A DNA stretch of 64,000 nt, taken from Lytechinus pictus. Lineage: Eukaryota. The DNA is taken from positions 8,372,001 through 8,436,000 of the forward strand of contig NC_087250.1 in NCBI RefSeq assembly GCF_037042905.1, written 5' to 3'. The position numbers and the translations under genes are program-made. This document shows, piece by piece, positions 26,399 to 40,184 of this stretch (position 1 is its first letter; every line of letters starts with the position of its first letter). The notes below the pieces were generated by a model. The model was not told where the DNA came from and did no database searches. It saw only the letters and a list, made by a program, of their open reading frames with translations.

Positions 26399-27245
26399 TA
26401 ATGCTATATTATTACTGTGCTGAAAGGACTAGGTGTATATATTACAAAGGGCAAGAATAACACACACACAAGGTATCCTTGGAACAGGGGAGCGTTTCAT
26501 GAAAGGACTTGTCAGACATTTTATCCTACAAGTACTGTTTTATCTGAGAGTTACTATGGTAACAGTGCCTCTTGGCCAATCATAATCAAGGAAAGTTGTC
26601 AGACCTGAGAACTTGTCAGACGAAAATTTCGATGCAATGCTCCTCAGATATAACATTCTACATTTCACAACGCATTAAAATAAAACATTTGCCAAAGCTG
26701 TTGTCATCCGAACCATCGTATCACACATATGACGGTGCAAACCCATTTTAGAGAAAATCGGCTTCAAAGTTTACTACAATTTCCAAACTTTGTTCCCCAG
26801 CCTTACAACATAATCCTTGAAAGAAAAATACATGATCGGAAAGACCAAGACAATTGCTTGACATTTGTAACTTCATTTTTACATAAAACCAAGAATCAGA
26901 GAAAATATCGCAAAAGAGCTACATACTTATAATCTTGGTTTGAGCTGTTTATATTTTCTTTGTACATGAAAGCCATAGGAAATGTAACAACCCTGACCGT
27001 GAATTAAATGCACGTTATCAGTCAAAACGTTGTATCGCTCTTCCACGTGCAAAGTCGATGACGGTTCGGCTGACCACGTATTTGCATATTAAGTGAACGC
27101 AGCTATTGTTTGCTTTGCTACTGTACTCGTTTCCAATGGGATTTGCGCATTTTATCAACAATTTGTATGGCATCGCCGTGAAAATCCCAACATATCTCAG
27201 AAACTAAAATAAATTGCTGCCTAGAAATTTAAGTATGTAGAACAG

Positions 27246-30200
27246 GGCCCTGTTGCAAAAAAATTTATGTCATTATGACATAAATTTCGATCATGACATA
27301 AAATCATGCATAGCTTATGCCGTTGACATAAATTCTGTTGCATAAAAATATTTATGTATTGTTTTAGCTTATGACGCGATTTAATCATCATTACATAAAC
27401 TGAATAGTCATGAACGAGCCTGTTGACATAAACTTGGCATAAGTTGTCATTTTTCAGCCGCAGCAAGTTCTTGCGAAAAAGGATCATCGGCTTCCCATTT
27501 TGACGGGATAGAGGCATATTTTGGTATGTATCCAATTTCATTGTTATATATCATAGATAATAGATCTATCTCACGTTCTGACTAAAAATTAAAGTTTCTT
27601 AGTATAAAGAGATATTTTAAATTAATCATTATCGCCGTCAATTTTATGCAATGATTGCTTGTAAACTCTCCGGCTGCTTTTAGCCGTACAACGCCGGCAG
27701 TGCTAGCCGGAGGTTCCGGCGTCTGACACAGACAAATAATGCATAGAATCAACACCGTCAGAAAACAGTTTTAAATGATCTTCACGACATTGGACATTGT
27801 TTTTAAGGTTCCTGTGTCGGATGAACATGCGTGTCGGATGAACATGCATGTCGGATGAACATGCGTGGAATGAACACCGACAGAAAACAGTTTTAATTCA
27901 TCTTCACGACATATTAGACATTGATTTTTAAGGGTTTTTTTAGAGCACCCCCGCCCTTTCTGGAAAATTCTAAATCTAGTCAGTATATTGGTAGTCTTTC
28001 TAGAGTCTAAATTCTAACGTTAACAAGTTAGATCTAGTCTAGGCCTAATGTTAGATTCGACTAGACTAGTCTAGACCCTCTAGTTAGGGCCTAGACTAGA
28101 GTCTATCCAGCTCTGTCACTCACTGACCGTCGCGTCAGAGCCAGGCCCTAGACTTTCTAGCCCTCAGTAAAGTCTAAGACAAACTAAGTAAGAATAAGTT
28201 AGGGCCTAGCCAGGCCAGACCTATAATAAGTTATAACAGAGCCTATGTTAGTAGATAAAAAAGAATTAGGCTAGAGAGTAGAGCCTAGGTATGGCCTACC
28301 TCAAGCGAGGGTTCGTACATGTATAGGCTCCACTATAGATAGTACGTACTTCACTACCGCTACCGTCCGCTCCACTATCAGATACAAATGAGATAGGTTG
28401 AGTGGAGGGTAGCGGTAGTGAAGTGTATTGGAGCCTATAGTATACGAGCCCTCGCCTGAGGTAGACAGGGCCAGGCCCAAAGCCTATATTAGCTATATTA
28501 GCTTGGCCCCTTTTAAGTTCTAGTCTAGATCTGCAGTAGTCAGTAGATATATTCTGATCTAGTTTTCTATCTAGGGTCTTAGTTAGACTTAGACTAGTCA
28601 CTAGACCTCCCAGGTCTAGATCTAGATCTAAGAAATTTTAATTTGTCTTGGTTAGCCGAGCTGGCTCTACCATTGTATTACTGCTTTACTAGATCTACAT
28701 GTAGGCCTACCCCGGTTTGGGCCTTGGTTCTGGCCAGGGAATGAGGTGGTGCAGCCCTGCCCCTGGACCGGGTCTGGCTTGGGTTCCTTCCATTCATGCT
28801 TTTATTATAGATCAAAATCGAGACCTAATTCGGGACCCAATCTAGTTTAGCAATACAAGAGATCTGAAATAGATGTAGCTCAGGCAGAACGAACGATTGC
28901 TTGTAATTTATTTGTATATTCTAGGGCCCAAAATTGAAACTGTCTTTGCATCATTAGTAAGCTAATCATTTGTAGGGCCTATCTATCATAGATTATCTAA
29001 CACTATGGATCTACTAGAACTACAAATGTTACTCTAGATCCATTCTATGTCTAATCTTAAGCCTGGCTTCTTAACTCTGACATTAAAATTCAAATTGAGT
29101 CTAGTACTGTAGGTTCTAACTTAGACCTTTGGAAGGCGGGGCCTCTGCTGCCTACGCTACGGTGGTGGAGCCCCCTGGGTTTATGATAGAGCTATGGAAT
29201 AGGGTAGTCTAGCTCTAATATTGTTTTCTAATGACAGGGGTAGAGGCCTAGATCTAGTCAAGATTCATCAGTTGGAAGATGTGCACTACAATAACATGTA
29301 GAGTATTAGACCCTAGCCCTAGGAGCGAGTTGGGGGGGGGGGGTCCCTCTCTGTTAAGCAAAAAAAACTGAAATGATTGGTGTGTATTGTGATAAAATAA
29401 TATAGAAAACCCTGGGACACCCTCTGTGTTAACAAAGACTGGAGACTACTGAACAGGATGGGAAAGAAGGGGGGGGGAGAAGAATTACGCACTGAACTAA
29501 TTAATTTAAACACTGAACTGAAAAGACATGTAATTTCACAAAAAAACTTGTCTGATGAGACTGATGACTACATTGTATGTTGATATCTAATATAGATATT
29601 AATGTACATCTTCGATTTATATTTTAGACTCTTCCAATTTTAACAAAAGCAATGAGTTGAACATGCAGTAAAAAAAAAGAGATCTACATGTATGTATCCT
29701 CTGTGTTTTCTGATTTGAATATATTCTCTGCAAGCTGGCTGCTGGCCTGTAGACAAGCTACCTGTTTGCTAAGTTTAATACACTTCTGAGGATATAGTGC
29801 ACATTTTAGTTCTTTGATTTGTTTAACAGGTTAAAAACCTTATCAAATGCCTTTTCTATTAATTTTAAACCAATGCACAAGTAATATGTTTGGAGAAAAG
29901 GCATTTCCATTACCGGTAACTACAAGATTTGGTTTCTGATCTGTGGATAAAAATAACCATGATAATTGAAATTCTCTTGATGACTGTTATCAATAATTTT
30001 TTATACTATTTTCTATTTCCTTTACCTATTTACTCTAAAGGATTTTTCAGATAAATTATTAAAGGGGTGCTTTTTTTTAGAAAAAAAAAACCTTGGCAAT
30101 TTGAATTTTTAAAAATCCCAAATTTTTGTATAAATAATAGAATTATAAGGCCTACAATTTTCTTACCTATCAAAACCTATCTTCATTAGAAGTATTCACA

Positions 30201-33200
30201 TATTGCGTGTGTAAATCATTTTTCTAACATATTTTTCTAACAGAAAAAAGGAATTTGAAGCCTTAATGAAACACTTGTACTCTCCTTGCAATATTGCATC
30301 CTAAGTGATAAAGGTGCAAAAATTGACCTTGTCATTATTGTTTGCACCCAGAAATGTTCGTTTGCACAATAAAAGGGGCAACATTTTACCTTTTAAGGTG
30401 CATAATAATATTACTTAAACATTAAAAATGTTCAAATCTTTTAACCTTTATTACATGGTTCAAATCTGCTACACCCATAAAGGTGCACAAATGAGCATAA
30501 TTGCGCTCATTGGCACTCCTTATTGTACCAACCCCTAAGGTTCAAATTTGAACCTTCTTAGTGTTTTCATCAAACCATTTCAAGGTTGAATGACTAGACC
30601 TTATTTGCCTTTGATTAGTATTCTCAATGCACTCATGGATAGAATTCATTTTTACACAGTTCTGAAAATAGCCAGTGAAACTGTCCCAACACCCCTGTCA
30701 AATATATTTGACAAAATCTGTAATGATTAAAATATTTTTTTTTAAAGAAGGAACTTCAGTTGTTTATTCAAAATGTAAATATGAATTCATTCTCATATGT
30801 CACTATTAAAAAATTTGTATTCACTTTCCTAACAGTTGAACCACACAAACGGTGAGAAGAGGTAGAAATAAAGAGGGGGATTGCAACTGGAAGGAGATGG
30901 AAGTCCAGACACTCTGCCACTGTGTGCCATTGAACAAGAAATCTCTTTTAGTATGAAGGTAAGTTTTTATATAAAGTTGTGTTTATTAAATATTCTACTT
31001 GTAAATACAAGTATACTATACGGTAATATTTATTCTAATTTATTTTATTGTTTTTAAGAGCGGTTGTAAATGTGATGTACTGTTATATATCATTCATTTT
31101 CAAATATGAATCTCTTTTACAATTCATCTCATACAATTCATCTCAACAAAGAGACTAACAATGTGAGCTTACAAGCATAAACACAATATAAGTGCATTTA
31201 GGAATAAAATAGTGGTAGGAGTAGAAGGGAGAGGTCGCAAGTTGATAACATAAACATGACCTTGACCTCAATTTTGTGTTGTTGTATTTTTTCGCCAAAT
31301 ATGAACATTTTCTCCAATGACTTGATTGAAATGAAATATATTCTTACAACCATATAAGGGTATACAAAATAATATTCGGAGACTATTAACCCATTTTTTA
31401 TTTTACATTATATACATTTTTTTTATTTAAGCCTGTGATTGCAATCTCAAAAGGCTCTTTCATAATCTTGAAGAGATACATCATACATGCACATGTATGT
31501 GAACACTCTACTATTATAAAGTTGAGTTGCTAAAGTTGTTTTCACTTATTATTCTTATAATTTCAGATTATTCAAGGGTCAAGACTGTTGAAGACGTGAC
31601 GACATGGACCTGGTTGCACATGGCAAGGGAACTATCTGGTTGTACCCTGAAGTATTCGCTTTAAGATTTGAAAATTAGCAAAAGTACTAATTTTCATTTT
31701 TTCAGAGATAATAATCATTATATTGACATTGTGGATATCTTTTTATGATTGTTATCATAAAATTATTATAATGTTAATGATGATAGGTCATAATAATACA
31801 AATGAATTATAAGTAGAAAAGAAGACAACCAAAAATGAGGAGGAAAAGAAGAAGATGAAGAAGAAAAAGAAGAGGAGGGGTGGAAGAGGAGAAAAGGAGA
31901 AGAATAAATAACATCACTGTGAGTTCCTCTTCATGATATTACATAAATATTTGTCTCTTTTAAATGAAAATATTTATTAAGCATAAAAATAGGATTTAGT
32001 TATTCTTGTTTTTTAAGACGTATTATTATGTATCATGTTTGTAGTTGTACACTTGATTGAGGTACATGTATTGTATTCATTTAGGATATAAATAATATGT
32101 TTTATTTGAATCCATGTACCTCTTTAAAGGACAAGTCCACCCCAACAAAAAGTTGATTTGAATAAAAAGAGAAAAATCCAACAAGCATAACACTGAAAAT
32201 TTCATCAAAATCGGATGTAAAATAAGAAAGTAATGACATTTTAAAGTTTTGCTTAATTTCACAAAACAGTTATATGCACATTCTGGTGGGTATGCAAATG
32301 AGGTGACTGATGACGTCATCCACTCACTATTTCTTTGGTATTTTATAATATGAAATATGGAATATTCAATTTTTCTCCTCATTGTCAAGTGAAAGAACGA
32401 TTAATTCCTCCCTGAACATGTGGAATGAGCATTGTTTAATACTATATGATCAGTCAAGTTGTTCCTTATTGTCAAATCTATAAAAAAAGAAGAAATATAG
32501 TATAATTCAAACAATGAAAAACAAAAGAAATAGTGAGTTAGGGACATCATCGACTGTCTCGTTTGAGTTGTGCATACAATGTTTTGTGAAAAATAAGCAA
32601 AACTTTAAAATGTCATAACTTTCTTATTTTACATCCGATTTTGATGAAATTTTCAGCGTTTTGCTAGTTTGATTTTTCTCTTTTTATTTAAATCAAAATT
32701 TTCTGGGGTGGATTTGACCTTTGAATCATATTTATACAGTCATGATTAAAGGACATGGGACAGGTAACAAGATTACATTGTTTTACAAATTTTAGTGTGA
32801 TTTTATTTTAAAAGTAATAAATTTACATAAAATGTCATTCTTTTTGCTTCATCTCTTTGTTCGTTTTTTTTTATTGAATCGGGAGGGGGTGGAGTGTGGT
32901 AAAAATATGATTTGCCCCTCAGAACACACTTGTTTCTCTCCTAAAAATAGTAATTAATATTTGTAGAAAATTGTATGATTGTTTTTTTATGAACTCTGAA
33001 TATTGTCCCATAAATTGTCAAATTAGGAAAATAATTGATTGAGATGAAGATTTGAAGTAGGAAGGGCGAGAAATTAAAAGGAAATTCATATAAAAGTGAG
33101 AAAGATCCAGAGATGCAAAGATATATATATATATATAGGGAATAATGAGAGGGGGGGGGCGAGGTGAAGTAGAATGGGAAAGGGAAAGAAAAAAGTACTA

Positions 33201-34488
33201 TAAATGTGAAGGAGTCATTAACAGAGATAGATGTATTGAGAATTGAAGAGATAAGTTCCGAGAATGATAGTGGGCCAATCTCGGAGGGAGGATGATAATG
33301 AAAGGGGAAAAGAGGATAAAGCATTTTTTTTTTTGGGGGGGGATTACATTTGATGAGAGAGAGATGGACAGAAAATGGCCAGGTGCTCAAAGATGAAAAA
33401 ATATAAATGATGGGTGACAGTGGTATTGACATATTATATAATGTTACCATGGCAACACGATTTCCGACACATGTAAAAAAATGTCCTGTATTTGTCTTTA
33501 CCTCGAGACCAATGTGTGAGCCAAATTTCATGAGAATTGGTTGAAAACTAATCAAGTAGTTGGAACCAATATATTTTTACCCAATTTGGGGCTTATAATA
33601 TGTTGTAACCATGGCAACACAACTTCCAACACACACAAAATATGTGTCTCTCACACCTTTACCTCTCACTCAATGTGTGAACCAAATTCCAAGAGAATTG
33701 GTTGAAAATTTATGAAGAAATTAAAACTGAAAGTATTTTACCAATTTTTTGTCATATAATATGCCTTTACCATGGCAACATGATTTCTAACACACAAAAT
33801 AGGTTTTGGAGCTCGGGGAAGCAATCGCAATTCCAACACCAACGCCAAAACCGGACTTGAAGTCATCCAATGTGTGTACCAAATTTCTTGTTTAATCACA
33901 TCTGAATTAAGCACAAAAGGGGCGATTCTAGACTGAAAGTCAAAGTTATTATCATTATTTCGGGAGGGAGGGGTGGTGCTTGAAAAACATGAGACGTTGA
34001 TATATTAAATTATAATATTATTCTAAGGAAAATGTCCTATCCTAAAAAAATAAGCACAATAACTTTTATGCTTAGGCCTAGCTTTGCTTATAAAAATAAG
34101 GGAAATATTTACGATAATTATATTTTTTAATATTGAAAGAATACATCTTAGGCTATCCAATGACACAAAAATTATTTCGAAACTCCAAGTAAAACTCAAT
34201 ATATCATCAAAATTACAAAGGGCATAATTATAAAAAATAATCCTAAAATTACCCTTAAGTCACTTATTGCACAAAGCCGCAGGTTATGTCTTGATTTTAA
34301 TCACGACATAAATTTATGTCATTCAAATGGATTTATGTCATGATGTTATGTCGTGATTTATGACATAAAGCTTTATGCAACGGATTTATGTCAATATCTG
34401 TGTTTATGTCATGATTTATGCTGTATGACATAAATCGTGACATAAATCATGACATAAATCAATACATAAACTTTTTTGCAACAGGGCC
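27246..34488. mobile_element. 7.2-kb PIF/Harbinger-type element (apparently non-autonomous) in the last intron of paralogue B
   Basis: TIR GGCCCTGTTGCAAAAAA, 3-bp TSD CAG (27243-45 and 34489-91), and multiple subterminal TGACATAA/TTATGTCA motifs at both ends. Empty site agaacagatcttttac at ~63841. Confidence 0.85.
28297..28463. repeat. Imperfect palindrome (small MITE) within a CTAG-rich tract
   Basis: ctacctcaagcgagggttcgta..cttcactaccgctacc / ggtagcggtagtgaag..tacgagccctcgcctgaggtag. Confidence 0.65.
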
Positions 34489-34739
34489 CAGGTCTTTTAC
34501 TTTCAATTTCTGCAAAAATCTCAAAATAATTTTTTGACCATATTTGACTGATACAACGGTTCAAATGAACGCCGACGATGTGATCTCACACATCAATTTT
34601 CGAGAAACCAATATTCCTGTTGCATTCTAGTTTTCAAGAGCCAAATTAGGAGATGGACTAAATCATCAAGCCCCTTTAGTCATAAACAAATTCAATATTT
34701 CAGGGTATGGTTTAAGATTTTGGGGCTACACACACTTAC

Positions 34740-35157
34740 CCTTTTCAATTATGGATTGGAATTGGGTTAGAGTCTTGCTACCTCCTGAAGCTTCTTCTGC
34801 CTTCTGATCACATGACAGAATGATGAGATCACCTGACTTGGTCCTCTGATCACCTGATGATATTGGATTGGTTTGTGTCTGGGTAATTTCATCATAGTTC
34901 TTCCATTCCAGATCATTGATTTTCCCTTCTGCATTGTGATTAGCCTCACCTATTTTTGCCTTCTGGTCACACGATGGAGAGATGAGATCACCTGACTTGG
35001 TCCTCTGATCACGTGATAATATTGGATTGGTTTGTGTCTGGGTAATTTCATCATAGTTCTTCCATTCCAGATCAGTAATTTTCCCTTCCGCATTGTGATA
35101 AGCCTCACCTAGCAGATTGCCATCATCATCATACTCAGTCTCTAATTTTATAGTAAA
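34740..35157 (-). CDS. Paralogue B coding exon 4 (acidic linker FTIKLETEYDDDG..., with an internal 159-bp/53-aa duplication)
   Basis: cttcatatttag acceptor, 418 bp open in phase 0 to 1, GTAAGT donor at 34739. Confidence 0.78.
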
Positions 35158-35621
35158 CTAAATATGAAGAAACAAAGAATTAAAAAAATCAAGTTACTAA
35201 CCATTCAAAAAATAAATTAAACCAAACATTTTGACATGTAAGATAATGCAACAAAAACACATGCTATTAGCAATATACCAGCACACTGTAAGTAAAATTA
35301 CTATAGAAATGTGGGATCATTATTTAAGCATATGCCAGAACTTAGCCCAGGACATCCTTTCATAATGCTGATTGTAAGTTAAGAATAAGAGTGACTTTAA
35401 AAATGACTGGTGAACTATCGCCAATTCAATATATTATTTATTACAAGAAAGGATCACCAGTCATTCTTAAAGTCACTCTTAACTTAATACGAACAGCTTT
35501 ATGAAACACCCACCTGGATTAAAAAATGTATTATCTTGTCATCATTGGCAGTTAAGTATGTACTAATGTGTCCTAATGAGCTCAGAGACACGCAAATATT
35601 TTCTCGCATGCTTGTACTTAC

Positions 35622-35701
35622 TGTATTCAAATTCTCTTTATGTAACTCATTCTTCTCTGCATGACATGTATTTCCCTGTTGATTATGAACGTCAGAAGAC
35701 C
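35622..35701 (-). CDS. Paralogue B coding exon 3 (GSSDVHNQQGNTCHAEKNELHKENLNT)
   Basis: ttctctag acceptor and GTAAGT donor, phase 1 to 0. Lies within ORF 35499-35828 and is conserved in paralogue A. Confidence 0.78.
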
Positions 35702-35854
35702 CTAGAGAAGAAAATAGATGGATTACTAAACTACACACCGGCAAATATAAACCCCTCAAAAAAAGTTTGGAAATCTGAGTTTGGCCATTAATTTCTCCCA
35801 AATTTACACAATGCATGTTTGATATCATTCAAAAGATCATTCAATTATCTTTAA

Positions 35855-36917
35855 CTCTATGTCCGCCATGCACGGAATCCCCCATTGCCGGATTAATTCT
35901 GTGGACACCAGAAATGGGTGCTCTGGATTTGCATGCGCAGTTTACATGGCTGTAACTTTTTTATGCTTTTTCCTACAGAAAAATGTTCTACAGTAAAGTT
36001 GTAGAGTATGAAATTAGCTTTCTATTGATGTTTATTTTATAAATATTTACTTCTGTTTAGAAGATATATATCACTGATCAATGGAAACCTTCAAGTTTCA
36101 ATTGGCAAACTATAAGTGTACCGGCTATTCATTCCCAGATTTTTACAAAATATGAGAACTTTGGTGAACATCATGTAAGATGATGCAAAAGTTCAGATTA
36201 TAAGCTTTCTATACATAACAAATACATGGGTGAAAATAAACAAGCTACTTATAACCCCTTAGTCAAAGAATAATAGTACAAGCCCAATACTCTAAGCCTA
36301 GGCTATTTTTTTTTCAATGGCAAGGCAGGAAGTGCAGCTTAGGGAGCTTAGCTTTTGTGATTGATAGCATTGTTTCTTGCTCTTATTGTGACCCCCTGAT
36401 AGAAATGTAATGAAAAATCAATATGCCTTCTTGGGTATATGTGGTAATGATAATGTATTGCAATGCTGTAGATGAATAGACTGTTTGACACCTCTCCCCT
36501 GTGACTCTGACATGTATTTGCAAAGTAGTTTGTAGACTCAATACAAATAATTTCCCTTGGACTCAGAATCACTGCCCTCGGAATCAGAGTCAGCCGCTGG
36601 AAGTGAAGCCATAATCGAATCTCGAACTTCATCGGGAGAGAAAAGTCGCTGTCTCCTTCGACCAGAGACCATCTCAAAACTTGTGGAAACAGTCCAAACA
36701 ATGTCACTTTTCTCAAAAAAGTCGAATGGGAACGATATGTAATCAACTAATGTCAGGGAGCGTGCGAGTGTTTAGAACGCGATGCGAATAACACAATGGC
36801 GTGTGTACACACAATCCAATATAAATCAATGTAATCGGATTGTCGTGAGATTTGTGCCGATCGGCGTACTTGGCGAAGCAGCAAGTGTGCCAGTCGGCGA
36901 ACTTGGCGGACAAAGAG
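35855..36917. mobile_element. piggyBac-like non-autonomous element nested in a larger ~35745-39537 insertion absent from paralogue A
   Basis: TTAA|ctctatgtccgcca ... tggcggacaaagag|TTAA. Confidence 0.65.
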
Positions 36918-36966
36918 TTAAAATGATACCATGCTTGTTATGACCATGCCATCACAAAAAGAGCTG

Positions 36967-38964
36967 GGGCGGTATTCTGAAAACGTTCTTATCTTAATTT
37001 TGTTCTTATCTACGTCACGTTCTCAAATTGGTATTCTGAAAACGTTTTTATCTTTTTCTTATCTTTTGTTCTTATCTTTTTCTTATCTTGCTTTCCATCG
37101 ATGCTGAGCGCGTAAATTTATAATTCGCGCATATGATACAAAAGTGCGCTAAAAGATAAGAACAAAATAAAGATAAGTGGTATTCTGAAAACGTTCTTAT
37201 CTTTTTTCTTTCTTATCTCTTTACCATATTTATGATAATATTTAAGATAGCTAGAGGGTTATCACATCTTACGCTGTCCACCTTCTTTCTTGCTAAAAAT
37301 CGATGGCCACTGGTAGTAACAAGTATTCCTCCCAACCTTTTTTTCATTCACCCTTTATTTTGCCTGTCTCTTTTTTCTATCCCTTTTTTCTTTCTTTCTT
37401 TTTTTCTTTATTCCTTTCTTTCGTCCTTCCTTTCGTTCTGTCTTTCTTTATTTCATTTAGGCCTATTTCTTTTCGCTTTTTCTTCCTTTCTATCTGTTTG
37501 TCTTTTTTCATTTCTTTCATTCTTCATTTTGTTTTATTCTTTTGAATCTTTTAACTTCTTCCTTATTTTTTTTTGCGTTATTTTATTTATTCTTTCTTTT
37601 TCTTTTTTTAAAATGAATTTATTTCCGTTAAAAACAAATAACAATACATATAAAATTATACATGTGAATTGATAAATGAAAAACGGGAGGATGGCCCTGC
37701 TCAGCAACATCAATCATGGTGCTGCTGGTCTACCGAGGGGTCCTTCCTTTTTTATTTTCCCTTTCCGATTTTTTTACCTTTTTTTCTTTACTAAGTTTTT
37801 TTTCTTTCACCTTTTCTCTCTTTCTTTCTGTTCTTTTTTCCTTTCTTCCTTCACTTTATTTATTTTTGTAATCTTTTTATTTCTTCATTTTTTAGGGTAA
37901 ATTATACTTCACTTTTTTCTTTATTCTTTCCATTAATCTTTCTTCGTTTTTCATTCATTCTTCATTTTTCCTGCCTTTTTATTTTCCCTTTCTTTTTCTT
38001 TCCTTCTTTGAATTTACCTTTCTTTTTATCTTTATTTAGTTTTCAATTTTGCTTTACTTTTCCTTTCATCTTTTATCTTCCCTCTCTTATCTCTTTCTTT
38101 CTCTCCCTCTCTTTCTTTATATCTTTGTTTCATTTTCCCTTTTTCTCTCTTCCTTCACTTTTTACATATTTTTATTCCTTCCTTTTTCTACTTTCTTTCA
38201 TTCGTTTTTTCTAACTTTTTTTGGTTCTTTTTTCCTTCATTTTATCCCTTTTAATCTGTTTATTTTGTACTTTTTCGTTTTTTCCCCTTCAAGTTTTTTA
38301 TTCCTATTCCTTCTTTATTTTTCCTTCAATTTTATATTCCTCTTTTTATCATTGATTATCATTCTATGTATTCCTCCTTTTTCTTTCTTGTATTCTTTCC
38401 TTTTTATTTCTTTTCATTTTTTAAATTTTCTTTAAAGTTCCTTTTGCTTGCTTTCTTTCGTTTACCTTTTCTTTCTTTCATTGTTTTCTGCATTGATCCT
38501 TCTATTTTTTTAAATTTCTGCTTCATTCTGACCATTTTCTGTCTTCTTACTTACCTACTTACTTTACTTATTTCGTCCTGTTTTATTCATATTCGTAACT
38601 GCTTTCTTTACCTTTTTTCTTTACTTTCTTTCTTTCTTTATTTTGTGCACGTGTCTCGAAATAATAATCAGTCATTGCGTATAAAATGCCTATTTCCCGC
38701 AGTGCGCAAGAAACAGTGCACGCGCAGCGCCCATGATATTCTCTACACATAAGGAACGCTTTTATTGGTTAAACTGCCAATATAAAGCGCATTTTGATTG
38801 GTAATATCTTAAAAATGGGCGTGTTGAAGATAAGAAGGAGGCAGTCCTTACAGAGATAAGAACGCGTTAAGAAGATTTTCAGAATACCGATTTGCAATGA
38901 TTTTAGCGTCTTCTTATCTCATTGAGATAAGAACAAAGATAAGAACGTTTTCAGAATACCACCC
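36967..38964. mobile_element. Harbinger-like element carrying a long pyrimidine-rich low-complexity tract
   Basis: TIR gggcggtattctgaaaacgttcttatc / gataagaacgttttcagaataccaccc with CTG/CAG flanks and repeated subterminal cttatc motifs. Confidence 0.65.
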
Positions 38965-40088
38965 CAGGATTCAAAAGTGTTGGATGAGGTCTGAATTGAA
39001 AAGCTGCAAAACGAACAGAAAAAGTCATGAAGGGTCAATACAGAACATGATTCTTTTGTCTGTGTCAATCGAGATGAAAATCCATTCAAATCAAGCCCCT
39101 GCTTCTTCATTTTTATGTTTTGTAGCGGTTTATGAAGTGATTCTGTAAGATAACATGGTTTGAGTCGTGGTTTGAAATACCCATGCATGTTTGTTTCTTA
39201 TGTGTTTGCTTGTTCAGAGGTGTGTTTGATTGCATGTTAATGTTGATGTTAAGGTGCATGAAAACAATAAAAAGAAACCGCTGAGAAACTCACTCATCAC
39301 CATGGAAAAAGAACAGTGACTTTCAATATTGTGTCATTTTGCAACTTTTGAATTTTGACCTTGCCCCACATTTCAAAGCACTGCAACTCCATGTGAACCA
39401 TAATCATATCATGAAGGGTATCATTTTAAAGAGAATTAAATGATCAATTTATTGATATTAGTTACACATTGATATTTACTAAAACCGAGGAGAGATTATC
39501 GATCAAAGTCAGATTAAACTTTTTTTTTGTTTATATTGTTATAGAATGGGTACACTAATGATGCATGGCCAGGCATGCATCCAGTAATTACTCATCAATG
39601 GTTGTAAAAAATGGATTTTTCTCCAGAAAATTCAGTCATTCTATCAAACAAATGATACACAGGTTCTTGTATATTAATCAATGCCACCGCCATTGCTGAT
39701 GTAATTTACATAGTCACTCAACTTCAATTTTTTGTTAAATACAGTTATGTTCTGGAATCATCTTCAATTCCAATCAATCAGCAACAATTTTATTCTGACT
39801 CTGGACAATTGTGAATATTTGTGATACATCATACAACACATGACTCATTAGGCCTTAATAATTGAAAGACAAGACATTTGAAAATCACCTCAAAATTTAG
39901 TGCGTAACTTTCACAAAGAAGGTGATATTATCTTTATTTTTCTAAGGACACAATCAACAATTTACTTTTGCATAAATTGCCCCCAAAACAATATCTGTCA
40001 ATAGAGCAAGTCACAATTTCACAGTGTAACTTTCTGTTGATATTATATTGCTAGTTACATACATGTAGAAACATGTCAATTCACAAAC

Positions 40089-40184
40089 CTTTTGTCTCTG
40101 TCCCCTTATCGTCACTTTCCTCAATTATCTGTTTATGAATTCCTTGCTGACGCTGCATGAACATTGGTGGGTTGACCTGTACCC
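40089..40184 (-). CDS. Paralogue B coding exon 2 (GVQVNPPMFMQRQQGIHKQIIEESDDKGTETK)
   Basis: cacag acceptor and GTTTGT donor, 96 bp, phase 1-1. Paralogous to 6865-6770. Confidence 0.8.

Noticed and set aside
30836..31700. Harbinger transposase or Myb/SANT coding exons
   Set aside because: Splice-like signals are present, but I could not recognise a protein motif or a sustained reading frame.
37232..38752. Phe/Leu/Ser-rich membrane-protein-like ORFs (also 49312-50701 and 13649-14237)
   Set aside because: They are translations of pyrimidine or purine low-complexity tracts, mostly inside TEs.
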